DNA from: an uncultured Desulfarculus sp.
GTDB taxonomy: Bacteria > Desulfobacterota > Desulfarculia > Desulfarculales > Desulfarculaceae
Reading direction: 5' to 3'
DNA length: 64,000 nucleotides
NCBI GenBank assembly: GCA_963665125.2
Contig: CAXXUK010000001.1
Coordinates: forward strand, 3,488,001-3,552,000
A program made the translations under genes and the position numbers. The notes below the pieces were generated by a model, which was not told the DNA's origin, made no database searches, and worked only from the letters and a program-made list of their open reading frames with translations. Position 1 is the first letter of the stretch; the number at the start of each line of letters is the position of its first letter. Positions 28,261 through 36,813 of this stretch are shown one piece after another.

Positions 28261-29901
28261 CTACTTGGCGGTGCGCAGTTCCCGCCGCAGGATCTTGCCG
28301 CTGATGGTCTTGGGCAGTTCCGTGCGGTATTCGATGAGGCGCGGATATTTGTACGGAGCGGTGGTCCGCTTCACATGGTCCTGGATCTGCTTGGTCAGCT
28401 CATCCGAGGGCTCATAGCCTTTGACCAGCACCACGAAGGCCTTGACCAACACCCCGCGGATGCCTTCCGGGTCGGGCGCGCCCACCACGGCGCATTCGGC
28501 CACGGCCTCATGCTCCAGCAGGGCCGACTCCACCTCAAAGGGTCCGATGCGGTAGCCGCTGCTCTTGATGATGTCGTCATCGCGGCCCACGAACCAGAAA
28601 TAGCCTTCCTCGTCCCTAAAGGCCCGGTCGCCGGTGAGATAATAATCGCCCTTGAAGGAAGCGGCCATGGCCTCGTCGTCTTTCCAGTATTCCTTCATCA
28701 ACCCCGGCGGCCGCTTGCCCTCGCCGATGAACATGGCGATGTGGCCCTCCTCGCCCGGAGGCAGCTCATTGCCGCCATTATCGATGACGCGCATGTCGTG
28801 GCCCGGGGTTGGTTTGCCCACGCTGCCGTATTTCAGGGGCATGTGAGGATAGTTGGAGATCAGGGCCACGGTCTCGGTCTGGCCGTAGAAGTCGTAGATA
28901 TCCAGGCCGGTTCCGTCTTTCCAGGCCTTGATCACCTCCGGGTTCATGGGCTCTCCGGCGCTCAGGCAGTGGCGCAGCTTGAACCTGTACCCCAGCAGGT
29001 CGTGCTGGATCAGCATGCGGTAGACCGTGGGCGGGGCGCAGAAGGTGGTCACGCCGTATTTTTCCAGGACCTTGAGGGTGTTTTCCGGGCTGAACCCGCT
29101 GACGCTCTTGCGCTGGAGGATAGCCGCGCCGACGATCATCTGGCCGAACAGCTTGCCCCAGGCGGCCTTGGCCCAGCCGGTTTCGCTGATGGTCCAGTGC
29201 AGGTCCGTGGGCTGCAAAGTCTGCACGTAACGGGCCGTGACCGCGTGTCCCAGGGGATAGGCATTGCCGTGCAGGACCATCTTGGGCTGGCCGGTGGTGC
29301 CGCTGGTAAAGTAGAGCAGGAAGGGATCGCTGCTGAGCATCTCGCCCAGGGCCCCCCGCTCCAAAACCTCCGAGCCTTCGGCCATCTCCTTGTCAAAGTC
29401 GAACCAGCCGGGGACCTTGCCGTCGATGACGATCTTGGTCTTAAGGGTGGGGCACTCGCGCTCAACGTCCTCGACCCGCCGCACGTGGTCCATGTCGGTT
29501 ATCACCGCAGAGGCCTCGGCGCGGTTGACCCGGTATTTGATATCCTTGCCCGTAAGCAGAACCGTGCCGGGCATGGGCACAACGCCGAGCTTGAACATGG
29601 CGATCATGGCCACATACCACTGGGGCACGCTGTGCAGGATGATCAGCACCCTGTCGCCTTTTTTCAGGCCCATTTTGACCAGCGCGTTGGCGAATCGGTT
29701 GGACTCGGTGCTGAGCTGATAGAAAGACATGAAGTCGGCGTGGTCTCCGCTTTCATCCAGCGAAAGCAGAGCCAGTTTGGTTCTATCGGCGGCCCACTTG
29801 TCCACCACGTCGAAACCGAAGTTGAATTTCTCGGGGATATCCCAGCGGAATTCGTTATAAGCTTTTTCGTACTCCGCTGTTCTGCTGGTGTCGAATTGCA
29901 A
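28261..29901 (-). CDS. acetyl-/short-chain acyl-CoA synthetase (AMP-forming)
   Basis: YFTSGTTGQPKMV, FYGQTET, YLTGD, GYRIGPFEVES, PKTISGKI; TTG start after GGAGG. Confidence 0.93.
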   Translation of the reverse strand: MQFDTSRTAEYEKAYNEFRWDIPEKFNFGFDVVDKWAADRTKLALLSLDESGDHADFMSFYQLSTESNRFANALVKMGLKKGDRVLIILHSVPQWYVAMIAMFKLGVVPMPGTVLLTGKDIKYRVNRAEASAVITDMDHVRRVEDVERECPTLKTKIVIDGKVPGWFDFDKEMAEGSEVLERGALGEMLSSDPFLLYFTSGTTGQPKMVLHGNAYPLGHAVTARYVQTLQPTDLHWTISETGWAKAAWGKLFGQMIVGAAILQRKSVSGFSPENTLKVLEKYGVTTFCAPPTVYRMLIQHDLLGYRFKLRHCLSAGEPMNPEVIKAWKDGTGLDIYDFYGQTETVALISNYPHMPLKYGSVGKPTPGHDMRVIDNGGNELPPGEEGHIAMFIGEGKRPPGLMKEYWKDDEAMAASFKGDYYLTGDRAFRDEEGYFWFVGRDDDIIKSSGYRIGPFEVESALLEHEAVAECAVVGAPDPEGIRGVLVKAFVVLVKGYEPSDELTKQIQDHVKRTTAPYKYPRLIEYRTELPKTISGKILRRELRTAK

Positions 29902-30279
29902 AGCAAACCTCCCTGCTGTCCGCCGCCCCAAAAACGCGGCATCAATGGTGCGGGTCTTAATCACGTTGTTCGACGTTTGGCGCCGAATGTTGGTTGACTG
30001 CGGCGGCGTAATGAGCGGCGCCATGTGCCGGGCAGTTGTTTATGATCCAAAGCAATGCTGAAAGCCTGTGCCGCATAATTGAGAAAGCCGTGAGATGAAC
30101 CCGCCGCACTTTCGATCCTTACGCCAACAGGTGATCCATCTCCCCTGGCAGGTGGCTTATTAAACGATAAAAGACGTTTCATCCCAGTTTGTGGCTTTGT
30201 GCAAATCCTAGCGAAAACCAAACAAACTCGCAAGATGCCGGGAGCCGGTTTGAGACTCATTACCGCTGTTCAACAATCT

Positions 30280-30295
30280 TTTGTTTATAAACAAA
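30280..30295. promoter_or_regulatory. perfect 16-bp palindrome, candidate enhancer or operator
   Basis: TTTGTTTATAAACAAA, ~130 bp upstream of the sigma-54 site. Confidence 0.5.
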
Positions 30296-30427
30296 TTACA
30301 AAATCGAAATACATACTGCTGACGGCAATTTTACGCTTATTCCTTCCCAGCACCGCGCCATGCACATTAATATTTGTTTTTATTGATAATTTACTCAATA
30401 TGCCGCGAATTAACAAAAAACTCCCCG

Positions 30428-30444
30428 TTGGCACCATGGTTGCA
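30428..30444 (+). promoter_or_regulatory. sigma-54 (-24/-12) promoter
   Basis: TTGGCAC-CATGG-TTGCA matches the consensus with GG and GC 12 nt apart; oriented toward the parA-like gene. Confidence 0.8.
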
Positions 30445-30506
30445 TTGTTGCCAAGTATTCACATCCAGATATTTGCGTGCAACAAACTCTTGCGATGGAG
30501 GAGGCG

Positions 30507-31808
30507 TTGGCTGATCCAGCTGGCGAAAGCCGTAAAATGAAAAAAATCGTGGTCAGCCTGCTCAAAGGCGGCGTGGCCAAGAGCGAAACATCGGTCCATT
30601 TAGCCCATGGATTGGCCTTGGCCGGATATAAGGTTTTGTTGGTCGACACCGACGTGCAGGCCCAATGCTCGGATATGCTCGGCGTGGAGCCGGAAAACGG
30701 CTTGGCCGAGGTCATAGCCGGTTGGGCCGACCCCCAGGACGCCGTTTGCCAGGCGCGGCCCAATCTTTGGCTGCTGGCCGGAGGCGTCAAGCTGGCCGCG
30801 GTGAAGATGGAGATCGCAAGGCGGGAAATGGCCCCCGAGGCCGTGCTGGCCGAGACCATCGACCGCTATGAAGGCCAGTTCGACGTCATGGTCATGGACA
30901 CCGCTCCGGGCTGGGACACCCTGCTGGTCAATGCCTTGTATTGCTGCGAGGACGTGCTGTCCCCGGTATCCATGGAGCCCATGGCCCTAAAGGGTCTGAG
31001 CCGCTTTGAAGAGCGCCTGGATATTGTGCGCAAGTACAAACCGTCGCTACGCCTTCGTTGGGTGGCGCCCACCTTTGTGGACGGCCGGGTCAAGAAATCG
31101 CGCCAGATCATGAAACAGCTCGAGGAGCTTTACGGCGATCGGCTGACCCCGCCCATCAAGTATTCGGCCAAGCTGTCGGAAATCACGGCCTTTGGCCAAA
31201 CCATCTATGAATCGGACCCCAAGAGCCCCGGCGCCAAGGGCTACCGGCAACTCACCCAGAAAGTCATTGCCGACTGCTTTGGCGAAACCCGGGAAGTGGT
31301 CATGCCCACCTCCGCCAATGTCGTTTCAGCGGCAGCGGCCATTGCCGCCGAGATGCCCGCGCCGGCCGCCGAACCTGCCGTCATGGCCGCCGGCGCGCCG
31401 GATATGGAGCCTGCCGCCGAGCCCGTCCGGGAGCCCGTGTGGGAATCAATGGCCGAAGAACCGGCCGTCGAATCCTTTGCCGGGCCCGTGTCCGAACCCG
31501 CTCCGGCCGCCGTGGCCTCCCTTGGCGCCCGGCGCCACGCCTTGCGCATGCGCCTGGCCGGAGCGCCGCCGGATCAGACGGCCCAAGCCAAACCGCCCGC
31601 CGAGGTCAAAGCCATATCCGGCGCGGCCGGGCGCATCCGCCATGCCCTGCGCGACCGCCTGGCCAGGGCGGCGGTGGGCGGCCCCATGACCAGGGACCGG
31701 GTGCTCCAGGCCATTGACGGCATGGAAATGCTCGACGACCTGACGCCCGCGGTGCGCGAGCGCCTGATCAACCACATAGTGGAGCGGTATACCGATGTCG
31801 GCGCCTGA
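30507..31808 (+). CDS. ParA/Soj-family ATPase with ~170-aa Ala/Pro/Glu-rich C-terminal extension
   Basis: Deviant Walker A KGGVAKSE, LLVDTDVQ, VMDTAPG, PTFVDGR; TTG start after GGAGG (alternative ATG 30537). Confidence 0.88.
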   Translation: MADPAGESRKMKKIVVSLLKGGVAKSETSVHLAHGLALAGYKVLLVDTDVQAQCSDMLGVEPENGLAEVIAGWADPQDAVCQARPNLWLLAGGVKLAAVKMEIARREMAPEAVLAETIDRYEGQFDVMVMDTAPGWDTLLVNALYCCEDVLSPVSMEPMALKGLSRFEERLDIVRKYKPSLRLRWVAPTFVDGRVKKSRQIMKQLEELYGDRLTPPIKYSAKLSEITAFGQTIYESDPKSPGAKGYRQLTQKVIADCFGETREVVMPTSANVVSAAAAIAAEMPAPAAEPAVMAAGAPDMEPAAEPVREPVWESMAEEPAVESFAGPVSEPAPAAVASLGARRHALRMRLAGAPPDQTAQAKPPAEVKAISGAAGRIRHALRDRLARAAVGGPMTRDRVLQAIDGMEMLDDLTPAVRERLINHIVERYTDVGA

Positions 31809-32682
31809 ACCCAAAATGACACTGATGGAAGAGGCCTTTGGCTGCATCCGCATAGTCAAGCCCGATAGATCGGGCAAGACGGCCCGCCCGGCCCCGGCCG
31901 AAATAGCCCAGCCCCCGGTCAGCCAGGACCCGTCCGAAAAAGATCCGCCAGACGAGGAACTGCTTCAGGCCCTGCGCAGCCTGCGCCTTTTGGGCATGGT
32001 CGAGGAACTGAAGCAACAAAGCCAGGACCCCGCCCTGGAGGGCATGAGCTTTGAGCAGCGGCTGGCCTATCTACTGGAAAGGGAGATCGATCAACGCGCC
32101 AGAAAAAGGCAGCATAACAAGCTGAAAAAAGCCGGTCTGCAATCCTATGCCGACTTGGATGCTGTCTATTACGGCCCACAGCGGGGCCTGTCGCAAACGG
32201 TCATGGAACAGGTCGGATGTTGCGCCTGGATCGACGATGGTCAGGATATGCTTATCTGCGGACCGACCGGCACGGGCAAGACCTATCTTTGCAACGCCAT
32301 CGGCCGCCGGGCCGTTGAGTTGGGCCACGGCACGGCCTACTACCGTCTGCCCCAGATGCTGCGGGCCTTGGCCGAAGCCAGGGTCACCGGCGGGTTCAAG
32401 GCAGCCATGGAAGAGCTTTTAAACCTGGATCTGCTGATAATCGACGACTGGGGCTGGGGCAGTCTCAGCCGCAGCCAGCGCCTGGACCTGCTGGAGATCA
32501 TCGAAAGCCGCCACGGCCGGAAATCCACCTTGGTGGCCTCGCAACTGGAGATTGGCCAATGGCCGGAGTTCATCGGCGACGTACGGGTGGCGGAATCCAT
32601 CTGCGACCGGATGACCAATGCGGCGCAGGTGTTCAGCCTGGGCGGACCATCGTTGAGAAATCAAGGAGACGTAAGCCCATAA
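31795..32682 (+). CDS. IstB-like (IS21 helper / DnaC-clade) AAA+ ATPase with no adjacent istA
   Basis: LRLLGM...SFEQRL...RGL, Walker A GPTGTGKT, Walker B LLIIDDWG, LLEIIESR, ASQL, DR, GPSLR; overlaps the parA-like stop by 14 nt. Confidence 0.9.
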   Translation: MSAPEPKMTLMEEAFGCIRIVKPDRSGKTARPAPAEIAQPPVSQDPSEKDPPDEELLQALRSLRLLGMVEELKQQSQDPALEGMSFEQRLAYLLEREIDQRARKRQHNKLKKAGLQSYADLDAVYYGPQRGLSQTVMEQVGCCAWIDDGQDMLICGPTGTGKTYLCNAIGRRAVELGHGTAYYRLPQMLRALAEARVTGGFKAAMEELLNLDLLIIDDWGWGSLSRSQRLDLLEIIESRHGRKSTLVASQLEIGQWPEFIGDVRVAESICDRMTNAAQVFSLGGPSLRNQGDVSP

Positions 32683-32709
32683 TCATCCGCCGACAGTTTA
32701 TTTCAAAAT

Positions 32710-32739
32710 CGTAATGCGTATTACGTTTTCGTAATACGC
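32710..32739. repeat. nested inverted repeats with 10-bp-phased CGTAAT half-sites
   Basis: GCGTATTACG-TTTT-CGTAATACGC perfect inverted repeat overlapping CGTAAT-GCGT-ATTACG. Confidence 0.7.
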
Positions 32740-32742
32740 CCA

Positions 32743-32771
32743 CGGCGGCCCCGGAGGGCCGCCGAATTTTT
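32743..32771 (+). terminator. terminator of the parA-istB unit
   Basis: CGGCGGCCC-CGGA-GGGCCGCCG-AATTTTT. Confidence 0.75.
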
Positions 32772-32974
32772 AATACCGCTTAGCCTTTTCTTTTGCCGCC
32801 CAACCCCGGCATCCATGCCCGAACCTGGTTTTTTCCCGGACGGCTTCCGCCCGGCGCTGATCATGCTATTATGGTTTAAACCAGGTTTCCCCCGGAAAAG
32901 ACACCCCGCCCGGCCCAGCCAAAGGGAGGCCTCCAGAGTATCATCAAAGCGGCATAATCCGACGGAGACCGACT

Positions 32975-33976
32975 GTGGACAGCCAAATCCGCCACAACCC
33001 CCTGACCGGCCAGTGGGTGATCTATTCCAAAGCCCGTGGCCAGCGGCCCCATGACTTCAACCAGGGCGCGGACAGCGCCGCCCAAATCCCGGACCACAGC
33101 GCGGCCTGCCCCTTTTGCCCGGGCAATGAACACATCCTGGGCGAGGTGGTGTTCGAATTGCCGGGCGACGGCCCCCATGGCTGGGCCACCAGGGTCATCC
33201 CCAACAAATTCCCGGCCCTGCGGCCCGGCAACGACCCCACCCGCCGCAGCGACGGCCTATACCTTTGGCTGGACGGCCACGGCCGACACGAGGTGATCAT
33301 CGAGTCGCCCCTGCACAACACTGATATCGCCCTGATGAGCCAGGAAGAGGTCTTGGCGGTCATCGAGACGTATTATCAGCGCTACCACTCCTACAACCGC
33401 AAGCACGACGGCATGTACGTGGTGATCTTCCGCAACCACGGCCCCAAGGCGGGCACCTCGCTGCTCCATCCTCATTCCCAGGCAATCGTCACGCCGGTGG
33501 TGCCCCGCCAGGTGCGCTACACCAACCTCGAATCCTTGGAATATTTCGACCACATGGGCAAATGCCTGATGTGCGCGCTTTTGGAGCAGGAACTGCGGGA
33601 CGGTTCACGGCTTGTTCACGTAAACGACCATTACGCCTGCTTTGTGCCCTATGCGGCGGAAACACCCTTTGAACTGTGGATCGTGCCCAAGGGCCACCAG
33701 CCCGACTTCGGCGCAGCCGACCCCGGGCAGCGGGCCGCCCTGGCCGATATCCTGCGCCGGGTCCTGGCCCTCTTGAGCCGCAGGCTCAATAACCCCAGCT
33801 ACAACTACATCATCAACACCCCGCCCCGTTTCCGGCGTCACGAACCGGCCCTGCACTGGTATCTGCGCATCCGGCCCCGTCTGACCACCAGGGCGGGCTT
33901 CGAGATCGGCTCGGGCATGAGCATCAATCCCCGCCTGCCCGAGGAAGACGCGGCCTACCTGTTGGAGACGCCTTGA
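32975..33976 (+). CDS. galT: galactose-1-phosphate uridylyltransferase
   Basis: CPFCPGNE, PNKFPAL, HEVIIESP, NHGPKAGTSLLHPHSQ, AGFEIGSG. Confidence 0.93.
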   Translation: MDSQIRHNPLTGQWVIYSKARGQRPHDFNQGADSAAQIPDHSAACPFCPGNEHILGEVVFELPGDGPHGWATRVIPNKFPALRPGNDPTRRSDGLYLWLDGHGRHEVIIESPLHNTDIALMSQEEVLAVIETYYQRYHSYNRKHDGMYVVIFRNHGPKAGTSLLHPHSQAIVTPVVPRQVRYTNLESLEYFDHMGKCLMCALLEQELRDGSRLVHVNDHYACFVPYAAETPFELWIVPKGHQPDFGAADPGQRAALADILRRVLALLSRRLNNPSYNYIINTPPRFRRHEPALHWYLRIRPRLTTRAGFEIGSGMSINPRLPEEDAAYLLETP

Positions 33977-34060
33977 TCTTTAAATTTTCCCCCGATATGG
34001 GCTAATGTGAAAAACACGGTCGCCGCCACGCAAATTGGATCCGATTCCAAGGTGAAGACA

Positions 34061-34840
34061 ATGAAGATCCCCTTTTATCAAGTCGACGCTTTTACGTCCC
34101 AGGTCTTTTCCGGCAACCCGGCCGGAGTCTGTTTGCTCAATTCCTGGTTGCCGGACAATGTGCTCCAGTCCATAGCCGCGGAAAACAACCTGCCTGAGAC
34201 CGCCTTCCTGGTCCAGGCGGACGGTGCATATGACCTTCGCTGGTTCACGCCAACGGTTGAAATCGATTTGTGCGGCCACGCCACGCTTGCCTGCGGTCAT
34301 GTCATCTTTGACTTTAAGGGCGGCAAAGAAGACCGCATTTTGTTCAGGAGCCAGAGCGGCGATCTATATGTTCAGCGCAAGGACAATCTGTTGTACCTGG
34401 ATTTCCCGTCCCGCAAGCCGGAGATTTGCGCCCCGCCCCAAGGGCTTGACGCCATTCTCGGATTGTCACCAACTCAGGTGGCCCGCTCCAGGGACCTGAT
34501 GGCCGTGCTCGACGACGAGGACGCGGTGAGAACCATTGAGCCCGATCTCGACGCCGTTGCCGGGCTGGACGCATTCGCCCTGATCGTGACCGCGCCGGGA
34601 AAAGAAGTTGACTTTGTTTCACGATTCTTCGCGCCCGGCGCGGGGATTCCCGAGGATCCGGTGACCGGATCGGCGCATTGCACTCTCATTCCGTATTGGG
34701 CCGAGCGGTTGGGTAAAAACAACCTGCAAGCCCGCCAATTGAGCCAACGCGGCGGCGAGCTTTTCTGCGAGGACAGGGGAGACAGAGTGTTGATCGGAGG
34801 ACGCTGCGCCACTTATTTGTCCGGGACAATCACTATATAA
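34061..34840 (+). CDS. PhzF family isomerase-like protein
   Basis: VDAF, GNPAGV, LRWFTPTVEIDLCGHATLA, EDPVTGSAH. Confidence 0.95.
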   Translation: MKIPFYQVDAFTSQVFSGNPAGVCLLNSWLPDNVLQSIAAENNLPETAFLVQADGAYDLRWFTPTVEIDLCGHATLACGHVIFDFKGGKEDRILFRSQSGDLYVQRKDNLLYLDFPSRKPEICAPPQGLDAILGLSPTQVARSRDLMAVLDDEDAVRTIEPDLDAVAGLDAFALIVTAPGKEVDFVSRFFAPGAGIPEDPVTGSAHCTLIPYWAERLGKNNLQARQLSQRGGELFCEDRGDRVLIGGRCATYLSGTITI

Positions 34841-35383
34841 AAGGCCGGGCCCACCGAATCGGTTGATTCTTGTTGTTATCTCAAAAGGGTTGACGTCAGT
34901 CCCAATCCTGCCGTCAACAACTGGCGGATCGAAATCTATCCGGACCATCTCAGGGTGATCGACGGGGACAACAACTGGACCGAGGTTTTCAGCGTCAGAG
35001 CCCAGTTGAGCACTTGCCTGGATGCCCATGCCCCGCTGGCAGGCGTTGGCGTTGGCTCCGCGCCGTCGGGTCAAACACCCAGGAATTGATCCCCGAAGGG
35101 ACGCCACTCCGGCATGGCGTCCTCCCTTCGCGCATTCTTCGCCCTCGGGCAACAACCGGCCAGGATTTTGCCTCCGTAATACCGCCAAATTGCAGGGATA
35201 AAAATATATCCTTGCACTAGGTCTTTCCGCTTGCGACAATTTACTTAGTTGCCGGGTGCCTTTTGCACCCCTGACTTTCCCACCACATGAAAACCCCTGT
35301 TCCCGGCTCGCGTCTTTTACCTTGGGAAAATGCGGCATTAGTGCGCCAAGAGCGCCACAAATGCAGTTTGGGGGTGAAGTGCC

Positions 35384-36745
35384 ATGCAAACAACCCCAAG
35401 GGCTTTGGTGATCGACGACAGCGCCCTCATCCGGCATACGGTCAAGGAAATCCTTGGCGATTTCATTGTCGACGTGGCGGCCAACGGAAAAATCGGCCTG
35501 GATATGGCCATTGCGGGCGCCTACGATGTGGTGGTCTGCGATGTCGAAATGCCGGAGATGGACGGCCTGACCCTCTGCCGCCAATTTAAGAGAACTCCCT
35601 GTAAAAAAGAAATTCCGGTCGTGATCCTGAGCCACCTTTCCGATTCCGAGGATGTGGAAAAAGGCTTCATGGCCGGAGCCGACGCCTATGTGGCCAAAAC
35701 AAAGGTGCGCCAGCAACTGGTGGAAACCATCAAGGGCCTGCTTGTGGGCAAACGGTTTTTCAGCAATCACCAGATGATTTTGCTGGCCGAGGATAACCGG
35801 ACCATCCAGGCCATCCTGGTGGAAGGCCTCTGCGGCGCGGGCTATAGGGTCGAATTGGCTGTCAACGGCAAGGAAGCCATCGAGCTCATCGACAAGGACC
35901 GGCCCAATCTGGTGATCACCGATATTGAAATGCCCGTAATGGACGGCATGGAGCTGACCAGGGCCATCCGGGCCAGACAGGAGTTGGCCTCGCTGCCCAT
36001 CGTTATCATGAGCGGCCACCAGGATAAAAAGGTCATGCGCGAAATGTTCACCCTGGGCGTAAGCTCCTACATTGTCAAGCCGTTCAATATCGAACAATTG
36101 CTGATTACCGCCGAACGCATGCTTGAGCACCAGCACCAGCTTCTATTATTGGATCGCCAACGGCTCAAGGCCGAGCGCGAATCCATGTTGGCCAGCATCG
36201 CCAGCCTGGCCGGAGCCCTGGAGGCCCGTGACGAATACACCAGGGGCCATTCCGACGCCGTGGCCGGCATTTCCGTGCAGATCGGGGCCAGGCTGGGCCT
36301 TTCCGACAAAAAACTACGCGACCTGGAAATGGGCGGCAAACTGCATGACATCGGCAAAATCGGCATTCCAGACAATGTTTTGCACAAGCCTTGCCGCCTG
36401 GACGGGGACGAATGCGACATCATCAAATCGCATCCCATGGTGGGCTACCGAATAATGAGTCAAGCCCCGCCCCTGGAGCCGCTGTTGGACATGGTCAGGC
36501 ATCACCATGAGCGCTTTGACGGCAAGGGCTACCCCGACGGCCTGTCCGGGGAAGACATCCCCTTGGAGGCCAGGGTGATGGCCGTGGCCGACACGTTCCA
36601 TGCCCTGATCAGCGACAGGCCCTACCGCAAGGGCATGGACAAGGCCAAGGCCGTTGGGGTCATCCAAGACAGCAGCGGGACCCAGCTCTGCCCAAAATGC
36701 GTGCGGGCCTTCCTGGATTGGATCAAAAACGACCAAAGATGCTAG
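35384..36745 (+). CDS. REC-REC-HD-GYP response regulator phosphodiesterase
   Basis: Two receiver domains (CDVEMPEMDG, TDIEMPVMDG); RDEYTRGHS, LHDIGKIG, HHERFDGKGYP. Confidence 0.95.
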   Translation: MQTTPRALVIDDSALIRHTVKEILGDFIVDVAANGKIGLDMAIAGAYDVVVCDVEMPEMDGLTLCRQFKRTPCKKEIPVVILSHLSDSEDVEKGFMAGADAYVAKTKVRQQLVETIKGLLVGKRFFSNHQMILLAEDNRTIQAILVEGLCGAGYRVELAVNGKEAIELIDKDRPNLVITDIEMPVMDGMELTRAIRARQELASLPIVIMSGHQDKKVMREMFTLGVSSYIVKPFNIEQLLITAERMLEHQHQLLLLDRQRLKAERESMLASIASLAGALEARDEYTRGHSDAVAGISVQIGARLGLSDKKLRDLEMGGKLHDIGKIGIPDNVLHKPCRLDGDECDIIKSHPMVGYRIMSQAPPLEPLLDMVRHHHERFDGKGYPDGLSGEDIPLEARVMAVADTFHALISDRPYRKGMDKAKAVGVIQDSSGTQLCPKCVRAFLDWIKNDQRC

Positions 36746-36750
36746 CCCCG

Positions 36751-36794
36751 AAAAAACGCCGGTGACGGGCCGCCAACCCGTCACCGGCGTTTTT
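36751..36794. terminator. bidirectional terminator
   Basis: AAAAAACGCCGGTGACGGG...CCCGTCACCGGCGTTTTT between convergent genes. Confidence 0.85.
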
Positions 36795-36813
36795 AATCAA
36801 AAGCGTATGGCTC

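Noticed and set aside
30507..32771. Intact IS21-family insertion sequence
   Set aside because: Only an IstB-like gene is present. The upstream gene is ParA-like with no DDE/rve motifs, and I found no terminal inverted repeats or target duplication.
34619..36136. 505-aa minus-strand ORF
   Set aside because: Antisense to the response regulator and phzF genes; no coherent domain.
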